A stretch of DNA of 63,230 nucleotides, the filler included, from a bacterium (lineage in GTDB: Bacteria > JALSQH01): NCBI GenBank assembly GCA_026985515.1. It is 6 parts of 6 records of this genome, joined end to end, with 100 filler letters (N's around TTAATTAATTAA, not from the genome) between each part and the next. Parts side by side here need not be neighbours in the genome. Positions count along the whole stretch, not along the records: positions 17,139 to 33,761 come from JALSQH010000065.1; positions 33,862 to 38,223 come from JALSQH010000069.1; positions 38,324 to 42,681 come from JALSQH010000070.1; positions 42,782 to 58,869 come from JALSQH010000071.1; 2 more parts are not named here. The stretch is one strand, 5' to 3'. This document shows positions 31,072 to 42,843 of the stretch, piece by piece. The notes under the pieces were generated by a model that saw nothing but the letters and a program-made list of their open reading frames with translations, had not been told where the DNA came from and did not search any database. Each line of letters opens with the position of its first letter. Positions within the stretch are counted from its first letter, which is position 1. The position numbers were made by a program, and so were the translations under genes.

Positions 31072-32442
31072 CTACCACTCAATACGACAATCAAATTTAA
31101 CACTTCCTATTTTTTTCCAAATAAAGCCAGATTCATCTGCCTTTCCACGAAAAATAGAATAAGTGGGCTTTGATGACGATTTACACCCTCCATTTATTAT
31201 CTCACCTAAGTCTTCGGGAAGCGTTGTAACATTATCTTTACCCAGAGAAAAAATATAGTTATTATACTGAGTCATTCCTCCAAAACTGTTTATAAGTGAA
31301 AACCATCCCATAGGGAATTTCAATGTTATTAACTTAAGTGGCTCAGATTTTTCAAAATTCTCAAAGTACCATGCAGAAGCAAAATAATCAGGATTATTAT
31401 CTGAGTCATATGGTAAATATACATCGTAACGACTTCTATAAAACTCTCTATTATCCATCCTTGAAAAAGTAAACAAAATCCCATTATCAAATTTGAAAAG
31501 TCCTGAAAGGGTCAGAATTTTTTCCTCCTTTAATTCCCCTGTATTTGAAGTAAAAGAGAAACTATAAAAAATTTTCTCTTGATTTTCCATATTCACTAAT
31601 TGAAAATTAACAGAATCAGAACTTGAAGATGTTTCACCTGCAAAGAACGGGAAAGCGAAAAAAGCTTTTTTAAACTTTCCCTTAATACCACCTATCTTTA
31701 CAAAACTACAACTGTAGTTCTTTTCATTTGTTTCTTCAATAGAAAACTTGAAAATATCAACTCCATCCGTAACAAAGGCAAGGTAATATGGAACATTACT
31801 AACAGGGTCCATATATACTTCTGCTTTTTCTATTGCTTCAGGCAATTCACAATCAAATTTTACATCTCTTGAAACTGGCTCAAAATTCCAACAGTATTTA
31901 CTTCCACCACAATGCGTTACCCAGTTCCATTCACCTTCGTTGGAATAGAAAAAGAATATATCCCCTCCATATCTGAATACATAATTTGACATAACAAAAA
32001 GTCCATTAGATAAGCTCCTTCTGGAAATTATCTTTTTATCAATTGAGTAAACAGAATACTCTACAGGCTCATTAATACTGCATCCCTTCCACCAGGTTAC
32101 AATATACTCATCCGACGGAAAAGCAAGGGGGTAAATTTTATTAAAAAAATAATACTTATTTAATTCACACTTACCATCTATTTTTAAATCTTTAAGCTTT
32201 TGGAATCCAGAACTTTCCATCTTGAAAATATGCACTTTGCTATAGCATTCATCGTGATTAAAAAGGCCGCCATTAACCGCGAAATATTCAACTTTAACTA
32301 AATAAAGAGAATGTTCCTTTTTTAAAAAGAAGATCGTTGGTGAAGGTGTGCTTTCCTGTTCATAAGAAGGACAATAATTACAGGAGGAAAAAATAATTGA
32401 AACAAAAGAAATGAAAAAAAATACTAAAATCCTATTGGTCAT
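31072..32442 (-). CDS. Hypothetical AT-rich lipoprotein
   Basis: IFSSC lipobox; long uninterrupted ORF. Confidence 0.65.
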   Translation of the reverse strand: MTNRILVFFFISFVSIIFSSCNYCPSYEQESTPSPTIFFLKKEHSLYLVKVEYFAVNGGLFNHDECYSKVHIFKMESSGFQKLKDLKIDGKCELNKYYFFNKIYPLAFPSDEYIVTWWKGCSINEPVEYSVYSIDKKIISRRSLSNGLFVMSNYVFRYGGDIFFFYSNEGEWNWVTHCGGSKYCWNFEPVSRDVKFDCELPEAIEKAEVYMDPVSNVPYYLAFVTDGVDIFKFSIEETNEKNYSCSFVKIGGIKGKFKKAFFAFPFFAGETSSSSDSVNFQLVNMENQEKIFYSFSFTSNTGELKEEKILTLSGLFKFDNGILFTFSRMDNREFYRSRYDVYLPYDSDNNPDYFASAWYFENFEKSEPLKLITLKFPMGWFSLINSFGGMTQYNNYIFSLGKDNVTTLPEDLGEIINGGCKSSSKPTYSIFRGKADESGFIWKKIGSVKFDCRIEW

Positions 32443-32454
32443 TTTCTAACCTTT

Positions 32455-33761
32455 TTATCTTGAACGAAATAGTTTTCTTATTGGTATCCCAACAAAAAGC
32501 ATTATTATTAACAGGACGTTATCAAGAGTGCCACTCTGAGAACAACCACCTCCTCCACCACTACCACCACCAGGAGGAGACGGTTTAGGGCAAATATGCC
32601 CTTTTGGATGCACTTCTACCTCATCCCAAACTGCACCTGTCGCCCACCAGTCTATTCTATGGTCCCCGAAGATTTCCTCACTTGTTGAAATTTTCGAATC
32701 TGAAAAAGCACTTTTAGGTGGAACAAAAACAAGATGCACATAATGTCTTGTGTAAGAATAAACAGTTTCACCCCACAATGTCTTTTTTACTCTTACTGTT
32801 CTCAAACCGTAAGCAATTGCTGTATGACCATCTTGCCAGAATTGTGAACCTGATGCATAACTGTGAAGAACTGGATAATTATTGGTTATATCATTATAAA
32901 GATAATAATGAGGAACAACTCCTCCTAAATCAACATCTGTTCTTTTATCTGTACCTATTATTCTGTAACCAAAACCTGTTGCACTTCTGCCAAAACCCCT
33001 TCCATCAATTATTCCCTCAAAAGAAACTTTTGCGTTGGAAAATATTGGAATAGCAACTCCTGGCAAATCACTCACACTATCAGCATACTGTATCGTCACT
33101 ACTTTACTACCAATCTGTCCAATATTTTCTTTTATAATTTTTTCCACTATCTTCCTCATCACCATCTGACTGAACTTAACCTTCATCCTACCTCTATTGT
33201 GCAAATTGTGTGCCACGAAAAGCCCTCCGTATATCTCAACCTCTGCATTGCAACCTGTCATCATCTGACCTGTATAAATACAGGTATTAAATCTCCCATA
33301 TCCGTCAACTCTCAACATACTCCTGACAAGCAACCCTGGGCACTCAATACTTTGAAGAATAAGAGTGCTCTCGCTATCAATAATGAACGCTCCATTCACA
33401 CTCAGATCCCCAAGTAAATCCACCCAAGCACCATTCATCTTTACCCCACTTTCAAAAACGGCACTTCCCCTTACATAACCCTGTCCCTCTATAATCCACT
33501 CATCTCCATCCCATCTGAATGTTACCCCTCCAGTAGTGAATTCACCATAACCAACAATCTCTCCATCCTGAGTCACCTCTCCCGAATCAGAAAATATATA
33601 TGTCGTATCAGAAATCCTTCTGCCATAATTCCTCCCAAAAAGATTATCGGGACCTTTGATACATTTATGCTTCTCAATCACATCCTCAACATCCAGCTCC
33701 CCTTCCCTGTGAATTCTCCGACAGAACAGTTCTGCATTACTTCTGATAACACCGCAATTAT
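32455..33761 (-). CDS. Surface protein with C-terminal Gly-rich/Cys/TM/basic sorting tail; 5' end lost in gap
   Basis: Frame open to gap; ends PPGGGSGGGGGCSQSGTLDNVLLIIMLFVGIPIRKLFRSR. Confidence 0.7.
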
Positions 33762-33861
33762 NNNNNNNNNNNNNNNNNNNNNNNNNNNNNNNNNNNNNNN
33801 NNNNNTTAATTAATTAANNNNNNNNNNNNNNNNNNNNNNNNNNNNNNNNNNNNNNNNNNNN
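33762..33861. other. Artificial contig linker
   Basis: N run with central TTAATTAATTAA. Confidence 0.98.
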
Positions 33862-34508
33862 CTGGAGTAATTTATATCCAGCTACTCGAGTATAAAAGGA
33901 AACTTCAACCTGCTCATCCTGTATACCTGATTGTGGCAAAAAAGACCATTCTCAGGGGAGAAAGAATAGATGCTGACAAACTCTACTACCGTGCCGTCCC
34001 GGAAAAGTATGTTTCATCCCATTTTATAAAGAAGGGGGATGAGAAGTACATAATCGGTGGTGTGGCAAGAAACAGAATTGAAGGGGGTAAACCCATTTCC
34101 TCCTGCGAGGTAATACCGGCGGGAGGTAAAGAGTTTTACGTTTCCCTTCTGCCGGAAGAGATGATACCTTACGACCTTTCTTTAAATGTTGAGACTCAGG
34201 TTGGTGGAATTGTGAAAAGGGGTAAGAGAATAAGCATATATCTCTTTATCCCTGTTCAGGGTGGGGAGTTACTTCAGATTATTCCTGATACAAAGGTGAT
34301 ATGGACTGAACGAAGTGGTAACAATCTGGTTCTGACTATTGCTTTGAAAAGGAAAGACCTCTTCAAGCTCATGATGGCAAAGAAAAAGGGAGAAATATGG
34401 GTTGCTCCGGTGGGGAAAAAGGTTGTTTTTAACTCAATTACATGGTCACAGCTCATGGGATTGAAAAAGAAAAAGGGCGAATATGTGGAAATTTTGAGAG
34501 GGAAATAA
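33862..34508 (+). CDS. cpaB: Tad/Flp pilus CpaB/RcpC-like protein (5' partial)
   Basis: SAF-like IVAKKTILRGERI, VGGIVKRGKRISI; frame open from gap; tad context. Confidence 0.65.
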
Positions 34509-34526
34509 CTTAAAAGGAGGTGTAAT

Positions 34527-34745
34527 ATGATGAGCAAACTCATGGGAAGACTCAGTAACAGCAAGGGTCAGAGCATGCTGGAGTACATTTTAATTGTGAT
34601 TTTTGTGATTGTAATAGGTATTGCTGCATGGAGAATGTTTGGGAAAAGAATTTCGGCTATGGTAAGGCAATCTTCGGATTATGTTTCGAATCAGGTTAAG
34701 GATGCTACCCAGGGCCAGGTTGATGTTACGAAGATAAACAAATAG
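34527..34745 (+). CDS. Flp-type pilin
   Basis: KGQSMLEYILI prepilin motif followed by hydrophobic helix. Confidence 0.88.
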   Translation: MMSKLMGRLSNSKGQSMLEYILIVIFVIVIGIAAWRMFGKRISAMVRQSSDYVSNQVKDATQGQVDVTKINK

Positions 34746-34782
34746 CTTAAAGAAGATTTGCTCATCATTGTGGAGGACTTAA

Positions 34783-36000
34783 ATGATTAGAAGGGTACTA
34801 ATATCCCTTGGAGTGTTATTGTGGGTAATTGATCTTTTTGCTGTTTCCACCATTACTCTGAGCGTCGGTCAGACAAAAAGGATCAGAGTTCGGGGTCTCA
34901 GAAGAGTTGCCATAGGTGATTCCTCCATTGCAGATGTGAAGGTTATAGGAGGTAACACGATTCTTCTCATCGGGAAATCCCCCGGAGTTACCAGTTTAAC
35001 ATTCTGGGGCTCCAGGGGTCAGGAACAGGTAATGGTAAAGGTGATCTCCTATGACCCTGAACTTGTTTACAGAGAAGTAAAGACAATTCTGGGGGACATT
35101 GAGGGAATAAGGATAAGAAAAATAGGGGACAGAATAGTTCTTGAGGGTGAGGTTCTGAAAAAGGAGGATAACGACAGGATAAAGAAGGTTCTTGATCTTT
35201 ATCCTGAAGTTCTCAATTTCGTGAGGTACTCAAGCATTGAGTTGAAAAGGATAATAAAGGTTGATGTTAAAATTATGGAACTCTCAAGCAGGGACAGTGA
35301 CAATTACGGTATAAACTGGCAGGATGTTCTCAATATCCAGGCAAATTTCAGCTGGACAAGAAGCTGGCCAGGTTCTCCCCAGATGAATCTTGGAATAGTC
35401 ACAAATTTTTCTTCACTCCTTGGACTTGTTTCAGAGACGGGTCTTGCCAGAGTCCTTTCCAACCCTGTTTTGCTGGTAAGGGATGGAGAAAGTGCAACTT
35501 TTCAGGTTGGGGGTGAATTTCCCGTCCCTGTTGTTGGCAGTCAGGGGGAGGTAAATGTGGAGTGGAAGAAGTATGGAACCATCCTGAGGATCAGATGCTG
35601 GTCTGACAGGCTTGGTAATGTTCTTTTAAAACTTCACATTGAAAACAGTGATGTTGATTTTGGAACTTCGGTGGAATCTGGAGGTTTTAAAATTCCCGGT
35701 ATAATGCAGAGATCTGCGGAAACTGAGGTTAATCTGAAGTCGGGACAGACCCTTGCCCTTGCTGATCTCTACCTGACCAGAAAGCATAAGGGAGTGGATC
35801 GTTTCTTCATCCTCGGTTACCTGCCCATCATTGGTGAATTCTTCAAGGCAAGGGAGGTAGAAGACCTTACCAACAGATTCATCATATTTATCACCCCTGT
35901 AATTATGAAACCTGGTGAAGGTAACGAGAAAAAAATAAAGGAAATGTACAGAAGATTCAGGGAGATGGATAAGAGATTCAGGTGGAGTATTGTGGAATGA
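34783..36000 (+). CDS. cpaC: Tad secretin (CpaC/RcpA)
   Basis: RRVAIGDSSIADV, GKSPGVTSL, VGGEFPVP, RSAETEV, LPIIGEFF, FITP. Confidence 0.9.
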   Translation: MIRRVLISLGVLLWVIDLFAVSTITLSVGQTKRIRVRGLRRVAIGDSSIADVKVIGGNTILLIGKSPGVTSLTFWGSRGQEQVMVKVISYDPELVYREVKTILGDIEGIRIRKIGDRIVLEGEVLKKEDNDRIKKVLDLYPEVLNFVRYSSIELKRIIKVDVKIMELSSRDSDNYGINWQDVLNIQANFSWTRSWPGSPQMNLGIVTNFSSLLGLVSETGLARVLSNPVLLVRDGESATFQVGGEFPVPVVGSQGEVNVEWKKYGTILRIRCWSDRLGNVLLKLHIENSDVDFGTSVESGGFKIPGIMQRSAETEVNLKSGQTLALADLYLTRKHKGVDRFFILGYLPIIGEFFKAREVEDLTNRFIIFITPVIMKPGEGNEKKIKEMYRRFREMDKRFRWSIVE

Positions 36001-37544
36001 AGATAGTTGTTGTGGAGAGGGATGGAAAGATTATAGAGAGAATCGCCCTTACAGAGGGGATTGAGATTCTCATTGGCAGATCCCCGGAATCTGATGTTGT
36101 GGTTGATGATCCCTCAGTATCGCGAAAACACGCTGTTGTGAGAATGAGAAGTGGAGAAGTGTATGTAGAGGATCTGGGCAGTTCCAATGGAACAGAAATT
36201 GACGGATTGTCAATAAGGGGAAGAGAGGTTCCTGCTTTGAGGTGGAGAATAGGGACTTACAATTTCAGCGTGATAACCAGTGAGAAAGAAATAAAAAAGG
36301 AGGGAAGCGGGGAATTTTCGTCCTCTGAACTTTTTTACAGGGTGGCAGATAACTACTACAGGAAGACTCTTGAGTTAATGAGGAAAAAGCAGGTTGAAGG
36401 TGAAGAGGAAGTTGCTGAAACTCTGAGACACATGATAGAGGAAGATGGTGTGGCAGAGGAGTATGGTCTGGATGAGGGGGAGATAGTGAGGTATGTTCTT
36501 GATGAGATTTTCCATTATGGAGTGATAACACCACTTCTTGAGGATGAGACAGTTACAGAAGTAATGGTCAATGGACCTGAAAAGATCTACTTTGAGCGAG
36601 GCGGTAAACTCTACAGATATGAAAAGAGGTTCAGCAATGAGGAGAGTGTGAGGAGAATAATTGAGAAGGTTGTTTCCTCTGTGGGAAGAAGAATTGATGA
36701 GAGTGTACCCTATGTTGATGCAAGATTGCCAGATGGCTCGAGATTCAATGCAGTCATTCCCCCAATAGCCATTGATGGTCCATCCATAACCATTAGAAAG
36801 TTCTTTAAGAAAAAACTTACCATTGATGATCTTATCAGGTTTGGTTCTCTTACGCCAGAAATTGCCAGATATCTTTCCCTTGCAGTTAAGTATAGAAAGA
36901 ACATTCTTGTCTCCGGTGGAACCGGAACGGGGAAGACAACTCTTTTAAACATAATTTCTTCTTTTATCCCCCCTGATGAGAGGATAATAACCATTGAGGA
37001 TGCTGCTGAACTGCAGCTACCCCAGGAGCATGTGGTCAGGCTTGAAGCAAGGCCACCCAATATAGAGGGGAAGGGAACTGTGACAATAAGGGATCTGGTA
37101 AGAAATGCTTTAAGGATGAGACCGGACAGGATTATAGTGGGTGAATGTCGTGGAGGTGAGGCTCTTGATATGCTCCAGGCGATGAATACCGGACATGATG
37201 GGTCACTGACCACCATTCATGCCAATTCTCCAAGGGATGCCATTTCAAGACTTGAAACCATGGTAATGATGGCAGGAATGGAACTGCCACATCTCGCAAT
37301 TATAAAGCAGATTGCTTCTGCAATAGATGTAATTGTGCAGTTGACAAGATTTTCTGATGGAAGCAGAAAGGTAACTGCAGTTGTTGAGGTTGAGGGCCTT
37401 GAAGGTGACACAATTATTTTGAGGGAGATATACAGATTTGTGAGGAAGGGAAGAGATTCAGAAGGGAGAATTACAGGAGAATTCGTTTCCACACAGTTTA
37501 CACCACTTTTATATGAAGAATTGAGGGAAATGGGGGAGTTGTGA
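35997..37544 (+). CDS. cpaF: TadA/CpaF ATPase with N-terminal FHA domain
   Basis: IGR..VSRKHA..DLGSSNGT (FHA); SGGTGTGKTT, TIEDAAEL, LRMRPDRIIVGE, MNTGHDG. Confidence 0.93.
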   Translation: MKIVVVERDGKIIERIALTEGIEILIGRSPESDVVVDDPSVSRKHAVVRMRSGEVYVEDLGSSNGTEIDGLSIRGREVPALRWRIGTYNFSVITSEKEIKKEGSGEFSSSELFYRVADNYYRKTLELMRKKQVEGEEEVAETLRHMIEEDGVAEEYGLDEGEIVRYVLDEIFHYGVITPLLEDETVTEVMVNGPEKIYFERGGKLYRYEKRFSNEESVRRIIEKVVSSVGRRIDESVPYVDARLPDGSRFNAVIPPIAIDGPSITIRKFFKKKLTIDDLIRFGSLTPEIARYLSLAVKYRKNILVSGGTGTGKTTLLNIISSFIPPDERIITIEDAAELQLPQEHVVRLEARPPNIEGKGTVTIRDLVRNALRMRPDRIIVGECRGGEALDMLQAMNTGHDGSLTTIHANSPRDAISRLETMVMMAGMELPHLAIIKQIASAIDVIVQLTRFSDGSRKVTAVVEVEGLEGDTIILREIYRFVRKGRDSEGRITGEFVSTQFTPLLYEELREMGEL

Positions 37545-38223
37545 TGCTTCTTATGGTGGCCGGCTCGCTATTTGCTGGAATAAGTATAGCCACTCTCTTA
37601 TATCTGCTGATTTTAAGGCTTACACCTCCCGTGGGCCGTTTCTATAAGAGGGTAAAGGAAGAAGTTGTAACTTTTCTGCCAGAAAAGAGGAAGAGATACT
37701 ACTTTTACCTTCTCTCTGCTTATTTTGTGGCTGGTTTCATTTTCGGCTGGATGCCGTCTCTTGTTGTTTTTCTTTTACCTGTTCTCCAGAGGGCGTATGG
37801 TGAGTATCGTAGAAAGAAGTTGATTGATAAAATTGAAAATCAGCTGGTTGATTTTCTGAATTTTTACTCCTCCTCCATAAGAGCCGGTAAGGGGCTGGTG
37901 GGTGGCTTTGAAGCTGCCTGGAAGTCAAGTGTTGATCCATTGAAAAGCAGCCTTGAAGTGGTTCTTAGGGATGTAAGGGCGGGGAGAAAACTTGGGGAAG
38001 CAATAATCTCCTGGGCGAAGGAGAATGGCACAGCAGAGGGTTACCTGGTGGGCACCGCCATAACCATTTTTCAGGAGACGGGAGGAAATTTTACTGAGAT
38101 TCTCCAGAAAATTTCTGAAGTTTTGAAGAGGAGAATATCTCTCAAAAATAAGGTGAAATCACTATCTGCCATGGGAAGATTGCAGGCAATTGTTATGACC
38201 TTTCTTGCCCCCGGTGTTGCCGC
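37541..38223 (+). CDS. tadB: TadB-like T2SS-F platform protein (3' partial)
   Basis: SSIRAG, QETGGNFTEIL, KVKSLSAMGRLQA. Confidence 0.85.
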
Positions 38224-38323
38224 NNNNNNNNNNNNNNNNNNNNNNNNNNNNNNNNNNNNNNNNNNNNTTAATTAATTAANNNNNNNNNNNNNNNNNNNNN
38301 NNNNNNNNNNNNNNNNNNNNNNN
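38224..38323. other. Artificial contig linker
   Basis: N run with central TTAATTAATTAA. Confidence 0.98.
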
Positions 38324-38997
38324 TGGAGATGGATACTCCCGGTATAACAAAAGCGATTCTGATGAGATTGCCTCCTGAGGAATTGGTTTCTTTTCTGAAA
38401 AGTAAGGGAAACATGATCGTTGCTTCACAAGAGGTCGAAATTGAACCTGGCAAAGAAGAGAAAGAATTGTTAAAAAAAGTTGAACATCCACGGAGTATTG
38501 ATCTTATTCTTTCTTCATTTCCTCCTTACCTTGTAACCTATCTCTACATCTTTGGAGCAATAACAATAAAAGAGGTGGAATTGCCCGGAGAAGCTGCTGA
38601 AGAAGAGCCCTCCACACTTGAGGCTAAGCCCCCTGAACTTGAGGCAAAAGAACTTTTTGAAAAGGGAATGGAAAAGTACAGAGAGGGGGATTATTCTTCG
38701 GCACTGATCCTGTTCAGAGAAGCAGTCAAGACCTCTCCACATCCCGATTATTATACGGCACTGGGTCTGACCTATGCCACTGAATGGGAGGGTCATGAAC
38801 CTGAGATAAAGAAGGCGGCTTCATCTTTCAGAAAGGCTCTGGAGCTTGATCCTCGAAATCCAAGAAATTATTTTTACCTTGGTGAGATACTCAAGCATGT
38901 TGGAAGGGTGGAGGAAGCAAAGAAGTATTTCAGGAAGGCCCTTAAACTCAATCCCGAGTATCAACCTGCAAAGAAGGAACTTGAAAATCTGAAATGA
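38324..38997 (+). CDS. TPR-containing protein (5' partial)
   Basis: FRKALELDPRN..YFYLG..FRKALKLNPEY. Confidence 0.8.
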
Positions 38998-39926
38998 AGA
39001 AAAAAGTGATTTTCTGGGGATCACCCGAATTTGCCGTGCCATTTCTGGCAGGGTTACTGAAAAAGGGTTTTGAGGTACCTCTTGTTGTGACCCAGCCTGA
39101 TAAACCAAAGGGAAGAAAAAAGGAACCTCAGCCTACAGCAGTAAAGGAGTTCGCTGTAAAGCAGGGATTGAAGGTGTTTGCCCCTAAAAAATTAAAAGGT
39201 AACATTAACCTCATTGAGGTTTTGAGAAGAGAAGAACCTGATTATTTCGTTGTGATGGCGTATGGTAAAATTCTTCCTCCAGAAATACTCGAAATCCCTG
39301 CTATTGCACCGGTAAATGTTCATGCTTCCCTGCTTCCCAAATATCGTGGGGCGGCTCCTATTCAGTGGGCCATAATGAATGGAGAAAGAGAAACAGGCAT
39401 AACGATAATGATAATGAATGAAAGAATGGATGAAGGGGACATTCTCGCCCAGGAAAGGGTCCCCATAAGATTTGATGACTACATTGAGGATCTGGAGCAG
39501 AGATTGATCAGTACAGGAGTAGATCTGTTGATAAAAACCCTCATAGAGTTTTCAGAGGGAAAAATCAAACCGCAACCGCAGATTGGGGAACCCTCTTACG
39601 CTCCTTTGATCAAAAAGGAAGATGGTAAGATTAACTGGAGTGAAGATGCTGTTTCAATCTACAACAAAATAAGAGCTCTGACCAGATGGCCAACTGCCTA
39701 TACATTTCTCAATGGAAAAAGAATTAATATTTATCGTGCCCTTCCTCTTGATGTTGAGTCAAGTGAAAAGCCCGGTACAATAGTCAGAGCAGAAAAGGAG
39801 CTTCTTGTATCAACTGGAAAAGGGATACTTTCCATCCTTGAATTACAGCGGGAAGGAAAGAAAAGGCTGCCTGTAAAAGATTTCCTTGCAGGTGCTCGAT
39901 TGAAAGCAGGAGAGGTTTTTGAGTAG
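38994..39926 (+). CDS. fmt: Methionyl-tRNA formyltransferase
   Basis: GSPEFAV, VTQPDKPKGR, NVHASLLPKYRGAAPI, MDEGD. Confidence 0.97.
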   Translation: MKKKVIFWGSPEFAVPFLAGLLKKGFEVPLVVTQPDKPKGRKKEPQPTAVKEFAVKQGLKVFAPKKLKGNINLIEVLRREEPDYFVVMAYGKILPPEILEIPAIAPVNVHASLLPKYRGAAPIQWAIMNGERETGITIMIMNERMDEGDILAQERVPIRFDDYIEDLEQRLISTGVDLLIKTLIEFSEGKIKPQPQIGEPSYAPLIKKEDGKINWSEDAVSIYNKIRALTRWPTAYTFLNGKRINIYRALPLDVESSEKPGTIVRAEKELLVSTGKGILSILELQREGKKRLPVKDFLAGARLKAGEVFE

Positions 39927-41193
39927 AGATTTTCCAGCCCTCTTTTTTTCATACAGGGTTCTCAGAGAAGTATTAAAAGAAAAAAAGTTTGTAAGGGACA
40001 TTTTTGAGAATTTTTCCAGAAAAAATGAAGAGTTCAGAAAGAATTTGCCTCTTATTACTGAGCTGGTTTATGGTACTCTGAGATACTGGCATCAAATTGA
40101 TTTTATTTTGTCTGCGCTTCTGAAGAGAAAAAAAGTAAAAGATGTCAGAGTAAAAATTCTTCTTTCCCTTGGAATCTATCAAATACTCTACACCGAAACC
40201 CCTGATGCAAAAGCAGTCTTTTCCACAGTTGAATTGTGTAAAAACCTTTTTTCAAAGGAAACGGGAAATTTTGCCAATGCACTGCTAAAAAAATTCATGA
40301 ATGAGAAAGAAGAAATTTTAAATAGAATTGAAAGCCTCCCTCGGGAGCAGTATCTGGAGATTAAATATTCATTTCCCTCCATTTTTGTAGAGAATATCAG
40401 ATATGAAAAGAAGGAAGAAATTCTGGAATTGCTGAATAAACCTGCTCCCCTTTATCTGAAACCTGTACCTGGGGTATCCACTTTAAGTGAAATAATTCTG
40501 TTTCTAAAAGAGGTGGGGGTTACTTATTCGGTTTGTGATTTTCCTCCTGAATGTGTGAGAACGACAATTTCCACCACCCGGCTTCTTGAAAATCTTGGGG
40601 ATAAGATGATTATCCAGGACAGGGGGGCACAGATTATTTCATGGTTACTGCGAGGAATTCCTGATGGAAAAAAAGTCCTTGATTGCTGCACCGCACCGGG
40701 CTGGAAGACAATGGAGATTTTAAGAGGTGGAGAAAAGAAAGTTGTCGTGGTTGAAAAAAGTGAAAAGAGATTGCGCAGTTTCAGAACATTTTTAAAAAAG
40801 GGAAATTTCAGAAATGTTGAGATAGTAATTGATTCAATGGAGAACGCTTCCTCCAGATTGAGGGATAAATTTGATTTTGCAATTGCTGATGTTCCATGTT
40901 CAAACAGTGGAGTTGTAAGAAGGCATCCTGAAAAGAAATTGTTTCTTAATGAAAAGACTCTCTTTTCCCTTGTTTCTCAACAGAGGAAAATTCTCAGCAG
41001 TATTTACGGGGTACTGAACAGGGGAGGAATACTTCTCTATATAACCTGCAGCCTGTTTCAGAAAGAGAACGAAGATCAGGTAAGATGGATGACCAGCGTT
41101 TTTCCCGATATTGAAATCCTGAGCGAGGGTTATATTTATCCCTTTTCTTTCGATTCCGATGGCTTTTTTCTTGCACTGATGAGAAAAAAATAA
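39919..41193 (+). CDS. rsmB: RsmB/Sun-type m5C rRNA methyltransferase with NusB-like N-terminal domain
   Basis: ELVYGTLR, FANALL, DCCTAPGWKT, DVPCSNSG, YITCS, ENE; follows fmt. Confidence 0.85.
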   Translation: MSRDFPALFFSYRVLREVLKEKKFVRDIFENFSRKNEEFRKNLPLITELVYGTLRYWHQIDFILSALLKRKKVKDVRVKILLSLGIYQILYTETPDAKAVFSTVELCKNLFSKETGNFANALLKKFMNEKEEILNRIESLPREQYLEIKYSFPSIFVENIRYEKKEEILELLNKPAPLYLKPVPGVSTLSEIILFLKEVGVTYSVCDFPPECVRTTISTTRLLENLGDKMIIQDRGAQIISWLLRGIPDGKKVLDCCTAPGWKTMEILRGGEKKVVVVEKSEKRLRSFRTFLKKGNFRNVEIVIDSMENASSRLRDKFDFAIADVPCSNSGVVRRHPEKKLFLNEKTLFSLVSQQRKILSSIYGVLNRGGILLYITCSLFQKENEDQVRWMTSVFPDIEILSEGYIYPFSFDSDGFFLALMRKK

Positions 41194-41195
41194 AA

Positions 41196-41288
<93 letters not shown>

Positions 41289-41294
41289 GTTTAC

Positions 41295-41384
41295 TGGCGG
41301 AGGGGGAGGGATTCGAACCCCCGTCCCGGGGCTACCGGGAACCGACTTTCAAGGCCGGCGCCTTAAGCCACTCGGCCACCCCTC

Positions 41385-41385
<1 letters not shown>
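41295..41385 (-). tRNA. tRNA-Ser (TGA)
   Basis: GGAGGGG acceptor stem, CCGGC-CTTGAAA-GTCGG anticodon arm, long variable arm, encoded CCA. Confidence 0.97.
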
Positions 41386-42662
<1,277 letters not shown>

Positions 42663-42681
42663 CTACTCCCTTTTAATTGAA

Positions 42682-42781
42682 NNNNNNNNNNNNNNNNNNN
42701 NNNNNNNNNNNNNNNNNNNNNNNNNTTAATTAATTAANNNNNNNNNNNNNNNNNNNNNNNNNNNNNNNNNNNNNNNNNNNN
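42682..42781. other. Artificial contig linker
   Basis: N run with central TTAATTAATTAA. Confidence 0.98.
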
Positions 42782-42843
42782 GGAACTGATAGATTACACC
42801 AACAGTGGGGAGGTAACTGGTGATTACTCGAGTGTCGTCGCAT

